A stretch of DNA of 64,000 nt from positions 1 to 64,000 of the forward strand of contig CP128816.1 of NCBI GenBank assembly GCA_051546255.1, written 5' to 3'. The position numbers were made by a program, and so were the translations under genes. This document shows positions 11,484 to 21,105 of the stretch, piece by piece. The notes beneath the pieces were generated by a model. That model was not told the origin of the DNA and did not search any database. It was given only the letters and a program-made list of their open reading frames with translations. Position 1 is the stretch's first letter. Every line of letters begins with the position of its first letter. The DNA is from Meyerozyma guilliermondii (Eukaryota).

Positions 11484-11909
11484 TTAATTTTTATCTTCAG
11501 GAATATAACGAAGATGGCCCGCAATTCTTGATTTTCCATTGTTATCCTTTGGGTGATTCATACCATCTGTTACAGGAATATCTGCAAAATCAAAAGGACT
11601 AACTCCCTCCAAGCAAGCTGCATTCACACCAAATTTTCCAGGATTAGATCGTCTTTGATGGTGGGTATATATTCCACAATGTGAGCAAAAATAGTGTTCT
11701 ACAGACTTGGTATGAAACCGATACACTGTGAGATCTTCTTTTCCCTTGATAAACTTGATACTACCGGAATTTGCCATGACAGTCACCGCACCTCTCATTC
11801 GACAATAAGAGCAATTGCAGCGAAGAGCAGAGTTGAGGTCATCATAGAGAGTCACCTCGAAGCTCACGGCACCACAATGACACTGGGCGTTTCTTACGGT
11901 ATTCAGCAT
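11484..11909 (-). CDS. GFA / CENP-V / Mss4-like Zn-binding protein, bacterial-type
   Basis: CxCG, CxCxxC and FCxxCG zinc ligands; HQRRSNP and EGVSPFDF motifs; no intron. Confidence 0.85.
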   Translation of the reverse strand: MLNTVRNAQCHCGAVSFEVTLYDDLNSALRCNCSYCRMRGAVTVMANSGSIKFIKGKEDLTVYRFHTKSVEHYFCSHCGIYTHHQRRSNPGKFGVNAACLEGVSPFDFADIPVTDGMNHPKDNNGKSRIAGHLRYIPEDKN

Positions 11910-12787
11910 GAGTATGTTATCAATAATTCTTTAGTTTTATCGAACTCTTATCACAACTATTCGCGCCGTTCGCCCGGCTTGAGTCCGATGCACTCCACAT
12001 CGAAAAAGCACTTCGCATAAAAATCGGATCTCATGCCAAACTCAGACGACTTGCCGTATATTGCTAATTCGACACATCATGATTGTGCTAAAATAGATGT
12101 TGTTTGGAATGGTGATCGTGCCAGATATTGTCATTTAAGCTAAGAATGAGCAGAGGTTGATCAAAAGTGTAGCTGCAAATGCCATACCAGACTCAGCAAT
12201 GCCCACTTTGAAGCTTGTAACTAAAGAGAAAAGTATTCAGTTCCTCTTATGTGAAAAGTACTCACATTCATTCAATGTAGAGCTCTCACTTTGAGAAGCT
12301 ACTTTGTTCAGAGCGCTTTAGTCCAATTGCAGCAAATGAATAGTGATTCTTCAAAGGTGATTAGGAGGTTTCCAGCAAAGGAACTACCGATCTCCTAGTG
12401 GGGCCGATTGCAATTCATAGCTTTTTTAGCAAGCATGAGTCACCTACTTTTAGTATCTTGATGACTATACCATGAATTGGTGATTCGCTTTCTCTAGGTT
12501 AATCCTTCCAGCATTACTGTCATGATGATCATTTCCTGAGAAGTCGCTTTTGTTCTTGATCAGTTAGTGGACTTTCCAGTCAAGACGTTGATTCAAATAG
12601 GCTGACTGGATACTTTTGCGTTACCTTTCTCTCACAAAATATTTCTGGTTTTGCAACTGCCTTTGACCCCACTCTTTTGTTTGATGGCATTTTCTTTTCT
12701 ATTCCCAAACTTGGACTAGTCATATATTGCTGCAACCATACCTTTGGTGTGACCAAAAGATCTTGACTTCTAGGGTTGTGTAACATA

Positions 12788-13067
12788 GCCGAGCCTCCTC
12801 ATCGCTCACAATGTTATCGGGCCGCATCATCTGCGGCGCTTGCGCGGCGCATAATCTTACCGATCTATGCCAAGAACTCATTCACCATGACATGCCAAGA
12901 GTTCATGAGAATACTGCTGCTCGGTCAAATCATCTTGATGCTTCAAGCTTCATCAACCATCCTAAAGCCTTTCAAAAGGTCAATTTTCCAAACTACAAAA
13001 CTAAGGCGGCCCGGCGCGGCTCGTATCTATCCGATCTCGGGTTTTGTGCATGCAGGCGACGAGCCGT
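12788..13067. promoter_or_regulatory. GC-rich CGGC/CGGCTC cluster upstream of the OPT gene (Stp1/2-like sites)
   Basis: TGCGGCGCTTGCGCGGCGC (~12832), GGCGGCCCGGCGCGGCTC (~13005) and GAGCCG (~13061), followed by TATAAAA at ~13088. Confidence 0.45.
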
Positions 13068-13128
13068 AGGCACATTGACGCTTGCAATATAAAAAGTTTT
13101 TCTGCTCTGTTTTCGTATTGTTTTTACA

Positions 13129-15678
13129 ATGGGTGACGAAAAAAATGAGGAAAAACGAGAGTTCACTCAAGAACACTCAAAAGATGATTTCGCGCTTGAT
13201 GATCACTATAAGCAACAGCTTTATGAAAAGTTAGGGCATGCCGATGTTTTGACAGAAAATGCATCAATTCCTGACGTTGAGTTTCTTTTTGAAAAAACCG
13301 ACCAATTGCAATTATCAAAAGCGATTGAAATCTTGAAGCGATGCATCGAGGACCATAATGATGATCCAAATTTTCCTTTGGAAGACCTTGAACTTATTCA
13401 AAAAATCGTTGGTGGCTTCAATGACGATTTGGAAATGAGTTATAACGATTGGGTTTTCAATGTCAAAATGTATGCGGCATTGAACGAGTACCATTCTCCA
13501 TATCCAGAAGTGCGTGCTATTTCCTCACCTACTGATGATCCCAATATTCCTTGTGAAACTATTCGTGCTTATATGTTAGGAATCTTTTGGTGTATTGTTG
13601 GTACTGGTGTCAATGAGCTCTTTTCTCGAAGACAGCCTTCTATCTACATTTCAGCTTCTGTGTGTCAAATGTTAATGTACCCAAGTGGCCTCGCACTCGA
13701 GTATATTTTGCCCGATTGGGGCTTCACTGTTTTTGGAACAAGACATTCATTGAACCCAGGTCCTTGGAATTATAAGGAACAGATGTTTGCTACAGTTATG
13801 TTTGATATTGCAATTGGCGGTATGTACGTGGGATACAATTTTTATGTTGAGAAACTCAAGGTGTTTTATGGCAATAGTTGGATAACTGTTGGTTACCAGA
13901 TTTTGATTTCCCTTTCTACCCAATTATTTGGTTTTGGATTTGCAGGTATACTTCGTAAGATTGTGGTTTATCCTATTCGTGCCGTTTGGCCTACCATCTT
14001 ACCTACACTTGCCCTTAATCGTGCATTGTTAAAAAGGGACAAGAAAGAGAGTATTCATGGTTGGAAGATAACCAGGTACAACTTTTTCTTTATTGTATTT
14101 GCTTGTTCATTCTTATGGATGTGGGTACCAGATTATCTTTTTCAAGCATTGTCTTATTTCAATTGGATGACTTGGATCAAACCAGATAACTTTAATTTGG
14201 CAGTTGTCACTGGATCGGTTCTGGGTCTTGGATTAAATCCAATTACTAGTTTTGACTGGAATATTGTTGGTTACTGGCTTCCTTTGGCCTTCCCATTTTA
14301 CACTTATATGAATATGATGATTGGAATGTTTATTGGGTTCTTTGTCATCATTGGGCTCTATTACAGTAATTACAAGTGGACTGCCTACCTTCCAATTAAT
14401 GATAACAATATTTATACCAACACTGGTCAGATATATGAGGTTCAAGAAGTCCTTACAAACGGCAAACTCGATGAGAAAAAGTATAAGCAGTATGGACCGC
14501 CATACTTGTCGGCTGCAAATTTGGTAGTTTATGGTGCCAATTCTGCACTTTATACCTTTATGATTCCATATGTCTTTTTCACTGAATGGAAGGGTATTTG
14601 GAATTCGTTCAAGTCGTTAAAAGATCTGATAACTGACTTTAGATCGTCCAATTATACCCGGTTCAAAGACCCTCATTCAAGAATGATGGCTCGCTACAAA
14701 GAAGTACCCGATTGGTGTTTTCTAGTTATCATGTTAATTGCCTTAGTATTTGCCATAGTCTGTGTCAAAGTATACCCAGCAAACACTCCAGTTTGGGGTA
14801 TCTTCTTGGTTCTTGCTATCAATGCCGTGTTCGTGATTCCCTTGTGTATCATCTATGCCATTACAGGCTACTACTTTACACTTGAAGTTTTTGTTGAGTT
14901 GATAATTGGATATGCTGTTCCTGGCAATGGTGATGCTTTGATGTTTTTGAAAGCTTTGGGTTTCAATATTACTGGTCAAGCCCTGCAATATGTGTACGAC
15001 TTGAAAATGGCACACTATGCAAAAGTCCCTCCAAGAGCGGTTTTCCGTGGTCAATTCTTCGGCACAATTTTCCAGATTATTGCATCTTTGCTTGTTATAA
15101 ATTGGGAGATTTACAACCTCAAAGGGATTTGTACTGACGAACAGTCGAACAATTTCTCATGTCCTTCTGAAGTCTCTTACTATTCGTCTTCGGTGTTCTG
15201 GGGTGTCATTGGACCCAAGAGAGTTTTCAACAAGTTATACCCAATTTTGCCCTATTGCTTCCTCATTGGTTTCTTACTTGCTATTTTGTGCCTTTTGATA
15301 AGGCGTTACTTTTACAAACAGACTCGCTGGTTCCAGCCTGCCGTAGTCATTGGTGGTCTTTTCAATTATGCACCTTATAACTTGAGTTATTTCATTCCTG
15401 GCCTTTACGTTTGTTTCGCCTTTAATCACTATATTAAAAGAAGGTATAGTGCATGGTGGGAGAAGTATAATTATGTATTGTCCTCGGCACTTGATGCTGG
15501 TGTGGCTTTTGGGGGTATAATCATTTTCTTTGCAGTACAGTATCATGATAAGAGTATTACTTGGTGGGGAAATACTGTTTCGTATAGTGGAACAGATGGT
15601 GGACTTGGTCAAACTAGTCTATTAGATCCGACCAGTGCAAAAGATGGATATTTTGGAATCAGGTCCAAGGACTTTTAA
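13129..15678 (+). CDS. OPT-family oligopeptide transporter
   Basis: Motifs SPYPEVRA, NPGPWNYKEQM, DLKMAHYAKVPPR, WWEKYNYVLSSALDAG, WWGN. Confidence 0.95.
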   Translation: MGDEKNEEKREFTQEHSKDDFALDDHYKQQLYEKLGHADVLTENASIPDVEFLFEKTDQLQLSKAIEILKRCIEDHNDDPNFPLEDLELIQKIVGGFNDDLEMSYNDWVFNVKMYAALNEYHSPYPEVRAISSPTDDPNIPCETIRAYMLGIFWCIVGTGVNELFSRRQPSIYISASVCQMLMYPSGLALEYILPDWGFTVFGTRHSLNPGPWNYKEQMFATVMFDIAIGGMYVGYNFYVEKLKVFYGNSWITVGYQILISLSTQLFGFGFAGILRKIVVYPIRAVWPTILPTLALNRALLKRDKKESIHGWKITRYNFFFIVFACSFLWMWVPDYLFQALSYFNWMTWIKPDNFNLAVVTGSVLGLGLNPITSFDWNIVGYWLPLAFPFYTYMNMMIGMFIGFFVIIGLYYSNYKWTAYLPINDNNIYTNTGQIYEVQEVLTNGKLDEKKYKQYGPPYLSAANLVVYGANSALYTFMIPYVFFTEWKGIWNSFKSLKDLITDFRSSNYTRFKDPHSRMMARYKEVPDWCFLVIMLIALVFAIVCVKVYPANTPVWGIFLVLAINAVFVIPLCIIYAITGYYFTLEVFVELIIGYAVPGNGDALMFLKALGFNITGQALQYVYDLKMAHYAKVPPRAVFRGQFFGTIFQIIASLLVINWEIYNLKGICTDEQSNNFSCPSEVSYYSSSVFWGVIGPKRVFNKLYPILPYCFLIGFLLAILCLLIRRYFYKQTRWFQPAVVIGGLFNYAPYNLSYFIPGLYVCFAFNHYIKRRYSAWWEKYNYVLSSALDAGVAFGGIIIFFAVQYHDKSITWWGNTVSYSGTDGGLGQTSLLDPTSAKDGYFGIRSKDF

Positions 15679-16449
15679 TATCATAGTGTTCGAATATATC
15701 GTTATGAATTTGGAAAAGAATGAGAAAATGCATAATTTTGAAAAAATGAAAAATAAAAAAATGGTTGGAATTTTTGAAGATGGATAATCTGGCAACTTTC
15801 AACTCACCTTGACTGCTTGCTATTGTTAACTCAAAATGCACTTGCAAGGTTACATTCTATGTATCTCGGATATTTATATGCACACTTTGAGTTGCAAATT
15901 TATGAGCCATTGATGCAAGATAATGCGCCAAAGTTGAACAATAGATAAGGTTTCAAGGATGATGGCCGAGTAAATCAAAGCAGCATTAGCCATAATTGAA
16001 TTTGCTAGATAACATTAGCCAAGCTAAGGTGTATCTTTTTTCCATTTCGGAACTATAATGAAAATTCTCAAGTAGGAAAATAACTGATTAGCTTCGAAGT
16101 TCCAATAACAAGAATATAGTTTGACCACCTGAGCTATCCTAATGAAATTGTAAAGTTTTAATGTTGAACCAGCATAATTCTCCAACATGTTCCGTCTTGA
16201 AGCGATCGCTTTCTTTTTTAAACCTAGAAGTAGCTTGTCCACCTCCGAGCAAACAAGCTCTGGCATAAAGAGTTCACGAGAGGTAGAGTGAAAAGATTCA
16301 AGACATAACTATATATTTTTGCGTGTTTCACCATTTTTATGAGTAAGTTCTACCGATCGTCATCAATGAGATACACCAGATCAAATTATCCACATACGCT
16401 GGAATTGAGCAATGATTCGTCACTCATCAAATCCATCTCACAAGCCTCT

Positions 16450-17511
16450 TCAACTTTCCGAGCTCTCCATTTCAATATCCTTAACCTCGACATAGTCACC
16501 GTCAACATCTCTCCAGATGTACATCAAAAATGGAAGGGCAAACAATTCAACAATATCAGGTACGCTGTACCCATAATACTCATCAGGCAAGAACAAGTGC
16601 ATGACGAACCTAAACACATCTTCTGGTGCTGGAAACAGGACCATTGGTTTCAAAAAGTATACTGCAGTGACAATTGCTGCCGACTTCTTTACTAATGGAT
16701 ACTCTTCTGTATCCTTGTAGGTGCGGTACATAGAAAAGGCTAGAAGCAAGACAGCAGCAACTCGGGCAACTACCGAAACAATTTCCAATACACTGTCATT
16801 ATCAAGATACTGGAAACGAGACTGATTATCAGTAGTGACGTACACGTATTCCTCGAAAATGGAACCAAATGAGGAAACGGAAAAAAGAATGGTCATTATT
16901 GCTGATTTTGCCAATGCGTACTTTTCTTTTTCAAGAGTGAAAAACTTGACGCCGTAACCAAACGAGAAGAGGGCAAGTAACATGTATGGTGTAACTGATA
17001 AAAATGCCCTCAACACCGAGTAAGTGAAAAACACCCATGGCAGGCGTACTTTCTTGTATTCGAATTCAAATACCGCAACCAAGAACACAAAGTAGACCAA
17101 GGAAAACACCAATTTTACCGCAAAATAAGCATATATGATTTTGCTCAACTTAGAAAATTTGAAGAGATATCTGTACGCCTGACGTCTCCTGACATATAAG
17201 AAAAGAAGTGCCATAAATGCAATCAAGTATACTGGTAAAGAAACCTCCAATTTCTGTCTTTGGTCATAATGGGCATAATGCAAAGAAGGTCCCCTATGAT
17301 CTGCTGAATTGAACGAGTAAGAGTCTGTCAGATTGAATTGAGCCTTTTCAACACTAGTTTTCAAAAGGGTTATGAGCTGATCACTTGAGTAATCAGTAAG
17401 GTTCAATTTTCCACCAGTGTTCAATATATCTGACAAGCTACTTTTGCTCTCAAAAGCGATACCTTGATAGAGGCCATCCTCTTCATTGGATAAGTGAATG
17501 TTGAGTGTCAT
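16450..17511 (-). CDS. Multi-pass (about 7TM) membrane protein, paralog A, possibly GOST/PTM1-like
   Basis: Hydrophobic C-terminal two-thirds with LLALFSFGYGV, closely similar to the neighbour. Start placed at MTLNIHL by analogy with the paralog; an in-frame ATG at 17559 is also possible. Confidence 0.65.
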   Translation of the reverse strand: MTLNIHLSNEEDGLYQGIAFESKSSLSDILNTGGKLNLTDYSSDQLITLLKTSVEKAQFNLTDSYSFNSADHRGPSLHYAHYDQRQKLEVSLPVYLIAFMALLFLYVRRRQAYRYLFKFSKLSKIIYAYFAVKLVFSLVYFVFLVAVFEFEYKKVRLPWVFFTYSVLRAFLSVTPYMLLALFSFGYGVKFFTLEKEKYALAKSAIMTILFSVSSFGSIFEEYVYVTTDNQSRFQYLDNDSVLEIVSVVARVAAVLLLAFSMYRTYKDTEEYPLVKKSAAIVTAVYFLKPMVLFPAPEDVFRFVMHLFLPDEYYGYSVPDIVELFALPFLMYIWRDVDGDYVEVKDIEMESSES

Positions 17512-17739
17512 CGTTTTTGCCTTCCGATGCAAGGAATTGAGAAAATAGCCTCCTTCCATAAGCCACGATTAGCTAATAATAGAAGTGCAATTTGACACAT
17601 ATGACGCATATTACCTACATAGAGCTGCAGCATAAACTAAAGTGCACTTTATTTTCTCAGTTTCTAAACAATGTTTACGACCAACAATGATTGAACCTCT
17701 CCAATCTCAAAAACTCAAAAAAGCTACTTTTACGAGCGG

Positions 17740-18765
17740 CTAAGTCTTACTCTCAACATCTTCCACTTCATAATCACCATCAATATCTCTCCAAATATAC
17801 ATCAAAGCTGGAAGCGCAACCAACTCAACAATATCAGGAACACGAATTCCATAGTATTCGTCTGGCAAAAACAAGTGCATGAAGAATCTGTATACATCTT
17901 CTGGTGCTGGAAACACTACTAATGATTTCAAAAAGTACACTAGTGCGACAATTGCACCTGATTTTTTAACCAATGGGTACACTTCGGTATCTTTGAAGGT
18001 GTGGTACAGCGAAAGGACAAGTACTGCAAATGCAGCAGTTCGAACTAGAACAGTCTGCCCCTCCACGAAAGGCAGAAAATGATAACCATCGTCCGTCATG
18101 TACCAATACTCCTCTATAATCGAGGTAACCGCCGGAAAAGAAAAGAGACCTGTCATACTAATTGCCTTTCTCAAGTTGTACCTTTCGCTCCAAATATCAA
18201 AGTACGTAATGCCATATCCACACGAGAAGAGGGCAAGTAGCATATAAGGGGCAATTGATAGACAAGTTCTCATTACCGTATAAATGAAAAACAGCCATGG
18301 CAGGCGTATCTTCTCGTACCCAAATTCATACACAGCAATCAAGAAACCAAAGTAAGCCAAGGAAAATAATAATTTGACTGTGAAATAAGCATAAATGATC
18401 TTGCTCATCTTTGAAAACTTGAAGAGATATCTGTATGCTTGGCGCTTTTTGACGTAGAAGAAAACGAGCATTGTCAATGCTATCAAGTATACAGGCAAAG
18501 AGACTTGCAACTTTCTCTTTTGATAGTAATGGGAATGTTTCTCAATTCGTTCAAAGCGAGGCAACCTCTTCACAGTGTGAAACTCTGTAAAATTCACTTG
18601 CGTGACAGCCGCATGTAGAAGGCCATTGTATTCTTCCAGTGAATACAGTGAAAAGTTTTGGTTCTCGTTTTGATACAAAGCGTCAAAATTTGGGTTCATA
18701 TCCTTGTAGACGATGAATTTGGTATCGCCATTGATCCTAAAATCAAGTCTCAAATTGACAGACAT
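17740..18765 (-). CDS. Multi-pass (about 7TM) membrane protein, paralog B
   Basis: Shares VSLPVYLIA, RQAYRYLFKFSK and FPAPEDV..F.MHLFLPDEYYG..VPDIVEL with paralog A. Start placed at MSVNLRL; the longer ORF extends to 18912. Confidence 0.65.
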   Translation of the reverse strand: MSVNLRLDFRINGDTKFIVYKDMNPNFDALYQNENQNFSLYSLEEYNGLLHAAVTQVNFTEFHTVKRLPRFERIEKHSHYYQKRKLQVSLPVYLIALTMLVFFYVKKRQAYRYLFKFSKMSKIIYAYFTVKLLFSLAYFGFLIAVYEFGYEKIRLPWLFFIYTVMRTCLSIAPYMLLALFSCGYGITYFDIWSERYNLRKAISMTGLFSFPAVTSIIEEYWYMTDDGYHFLPFVEGQTVLVRTAAFAVLVLSLYHTFKDTEVYPLVKKSGAIVALVYFLKSLVVFPAPEDVYRFFMHLFLPDEYYGIRVPDIVELVALPALMYIWRDIDGDYEVEDVESKT

Positions 18766-18988
18766 TACAAAAAGGTAAATTCGTGCGTAATTAGTTAAAT
18801 GCGATAAGGGTTTTTTTTTTAATTCGCTAAATTTAGACACAGGATGTGTCAAATTTTGACATTTTTCACTTGGCGCATTTCGACCGTTCGCAGCCAGCGA
18901 ATTGACGAACATTCAAAAATACCTCTAGACTAAAAATAACCTCTTCTCCTAGGTACATGTAATTTTGCCAATGGCAGATCTCTATATT

Positions 18989-20428
18989 CTAGTATCTAAA
19001 CCCCTTTTCAGCTAGCACCGAGTTATCCACCAAAACTCCAGGAGCCACCTGTTCCAACTCACTATAAGTTGATGCCAATTTTCCAGTCTTGTCTCTATAA
19101 AGAACGTACGCCTCCTTTATGCCCTTGACCGATGCTCGAATTCTAACCTGGCGTTCATCCCAAACCAACGGTTTGAGTCCAACATTTGATTTGGCGGATA
19201 CCACCAAGTGGTTGAGATAGTTACAATATTCAACATCTTCAGGAAAGTTCATGTCGTGAAAGTTTTTCCCATTACCCTTGATCTTGATTCTATCGTCCTC
19301 CCACTTTTTCATCTCTTCAAATGATGGAAGAGGGACTTTTCCCGACCACACCTTTGCCAACCAGCACGCTTGTGATTCAGAAACTCGGGTTGGAAGTACA
19401 AATTTTGGCAATCCTACCACAGCCAAGTTTGGAAAATTGTAAAGTAGTACGTGCTGATAAGTTCCGTGTACTTTGTGACCATCTGTAAGAATGGGTGTTT
19501 TCGATTTGTTGAGTTTTTCAAAGAAGGGATACGACTTCAAATAACCTGTTGCAAAAATGACTTTTTCCACATTATCCATATACGATTGGTCAATAAAATA
19601 GACTCTTTTCTGGGATGCATCGAACCGGTCTATATCAGGCTTGTCCACAATCTTGTTGCTGGGACTCGCTGGCTGAAGGTTTTCTGATCTTCTGGATTTA
19701 TAGATTGTTCTTTTCAATCCCTCAGCTAGCTGATAGCAGATATCGCCAGCAGAGGCAGAGTTTCCCACCACCAATATATCTCCCTTGACATTTTCAAATT
19801 GTTTAGGAGACTTGAATGCCTTCACATGACTAATGGTTCCAGGGAATTGTTGGTTCCACTGTTCCATGCCGTTTCTATGTGGAATAAACGGAACGTCGTA
19901 ATTACCCACGGCAGCCACCACAGCGTCAAAGTACTCAACTGTGTCTTGATCTGACCGTTCACCACCGGCAGTTTCTAGATTCACAGGACGAGAAAGTACC
20001 TTCCATTGGTCATTTTCCCGTTCCACCAGAACCACCACAGTATTAAATTGGGTTATTGGACTGATATCCTTGGCGTAATTTTGCATATACTTCAACACAT
20101 CAGAACGATGGGGAAATAGCGGGAGAGTATCGGGAAATGGCAGAGATGCATAAGTCATCACATCGGTGGGAACATTAGTATCCAAAAGATCATAGGCAGC
20201 ACTGGGCCATACTATCTTATCATCCTTAATGATCGGAGTTATTTTATATGGAACCTCATTGGGAACCGGGAAATTTTCAGTTTCCGATTCATAGTTCCAA
20301 AGACCACCAAATTGGCTTCTTTTTTCAAAAACTTTAACCTTGTTGAAACACCGTTCAGCAACAAATGCCTTGGCAGCAGCGGCTCCACATGGCCCTCCTC
20401 CAACTATGGCAATTGATTTAATGCTCAT
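18989..20428 (-). CDS. FMO1: Flavin-containing monooxygenase (yeast FMO1-like, thiol-specific type)
   Basis: GGGPCG FAD motif, FMO fingerprint FPGTISHVKAF, GNSASAGD NADPH motif, ATGY. Confidence 0.85.
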   Translation of the reverse strand: MSIKSIAIVGGGPCGAAAAKAFVAERCFNKVKVFEKRSQFGGLWNYESETENFPVPNEVPYKITPIIKDDKIVWPSAAYDLLDTNVPTDVMTYASLPFPDTLPLFPHRSDVLKYMQNYAKDISPITQFNTVVVLVERENDQWKVLSRPVNLETAGGERSDQDTVEYFDAVVAAVGNYDVPFIPHRNGMEQWNQQFPGTISHVKAFKSPKQFENVKGDILVVGNSASAGDICYQLAEGLKRTIYKSRRSENLQPASPSNKIVDKPDIDRFDASQKRVYFIDQSYMDNVEKVIFATGYLKSYPFFEKLNKSKTPILTDGHKVHGTYQHVLLYNFPNLAVVGLPKFVLPTRVSESQACWLAKVWSGKVPLPSFEEMKKWEDDRIKIKGNGKNFHDMNFPEDVEYCNYLNHLVVSAKSNVGLKPLVWDERQVRIRASVKGIKEAYVLYRDKTGKLASTYSELEQVAPGVLVDNSVLAEKGFRY

Positions 20429-20486
20429 AAGTTGATAAGAAATTACGAGGAAAATTATATACTTTTAGTTAGAGTGGGCCGATAGC

Positions 20487-21052
20487 GCCACAGTTTGCAA
20501 TTTCTAATCGCCGATTTCGCTTATCGTGCGTCATATTGTTCCGTTTACGAATTATCCGACAGCACGTCAACGGTCAAACTGCGCCCGACCGCACAAACAA
20601 TTAATTCGCGAGTACTGAATTTTTCATTGCATTCTTCACTCTTTTTCGAGCCATAGTGATTCTCAATTTGCTCATTGTAATGATCTTCGTAAACGCCTGT
20701 TGAGCCACATGTGAAAAATTTGTCAATGCTTGGAAGTATACGCCTTCCGAACGTGCATATCGTTGTCGGCGTTTAGGTTCATGTCAAAATGTAAAGACTA
20801 GAACCTTTTGTTTCTTCAGAAATTTGAAATACTTTTCGAAATATCGGCAATCCAAAATTTAGTAGCCATCAGGAATGAAGTACATCTATAATTTGCACCA
20901 CTCAGTAAATCATTTAGGCCCTCACCGCTTTCATTTAGACCATCGTCGCTTTCGCTGCCGCAATTGAGTCACTGCACGTTATCATGCGGCTGCATTTGGG
21001 CTTTTCATTTCCTGCACTGTCATCATCAGATCTGCGAATTCTCAACTGTGGC
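20487..21052. promoter_or_regulatory. Met31/Met32-type sites in the divergent FMO/permease promoter
   Basis: GCCACAGTTT (reverse complement AAACTGTGGC) at 20487-20496 and AACTGTGGC at 21044-21052, each about 55-60 bp from one ATG. Confidence 0.6.
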
Positions 21053-21105
21053 TCTGAAGACTATTTAATTATGAATTTTTCATGAAATTCTGAAAATCAC
21101 CAAAT

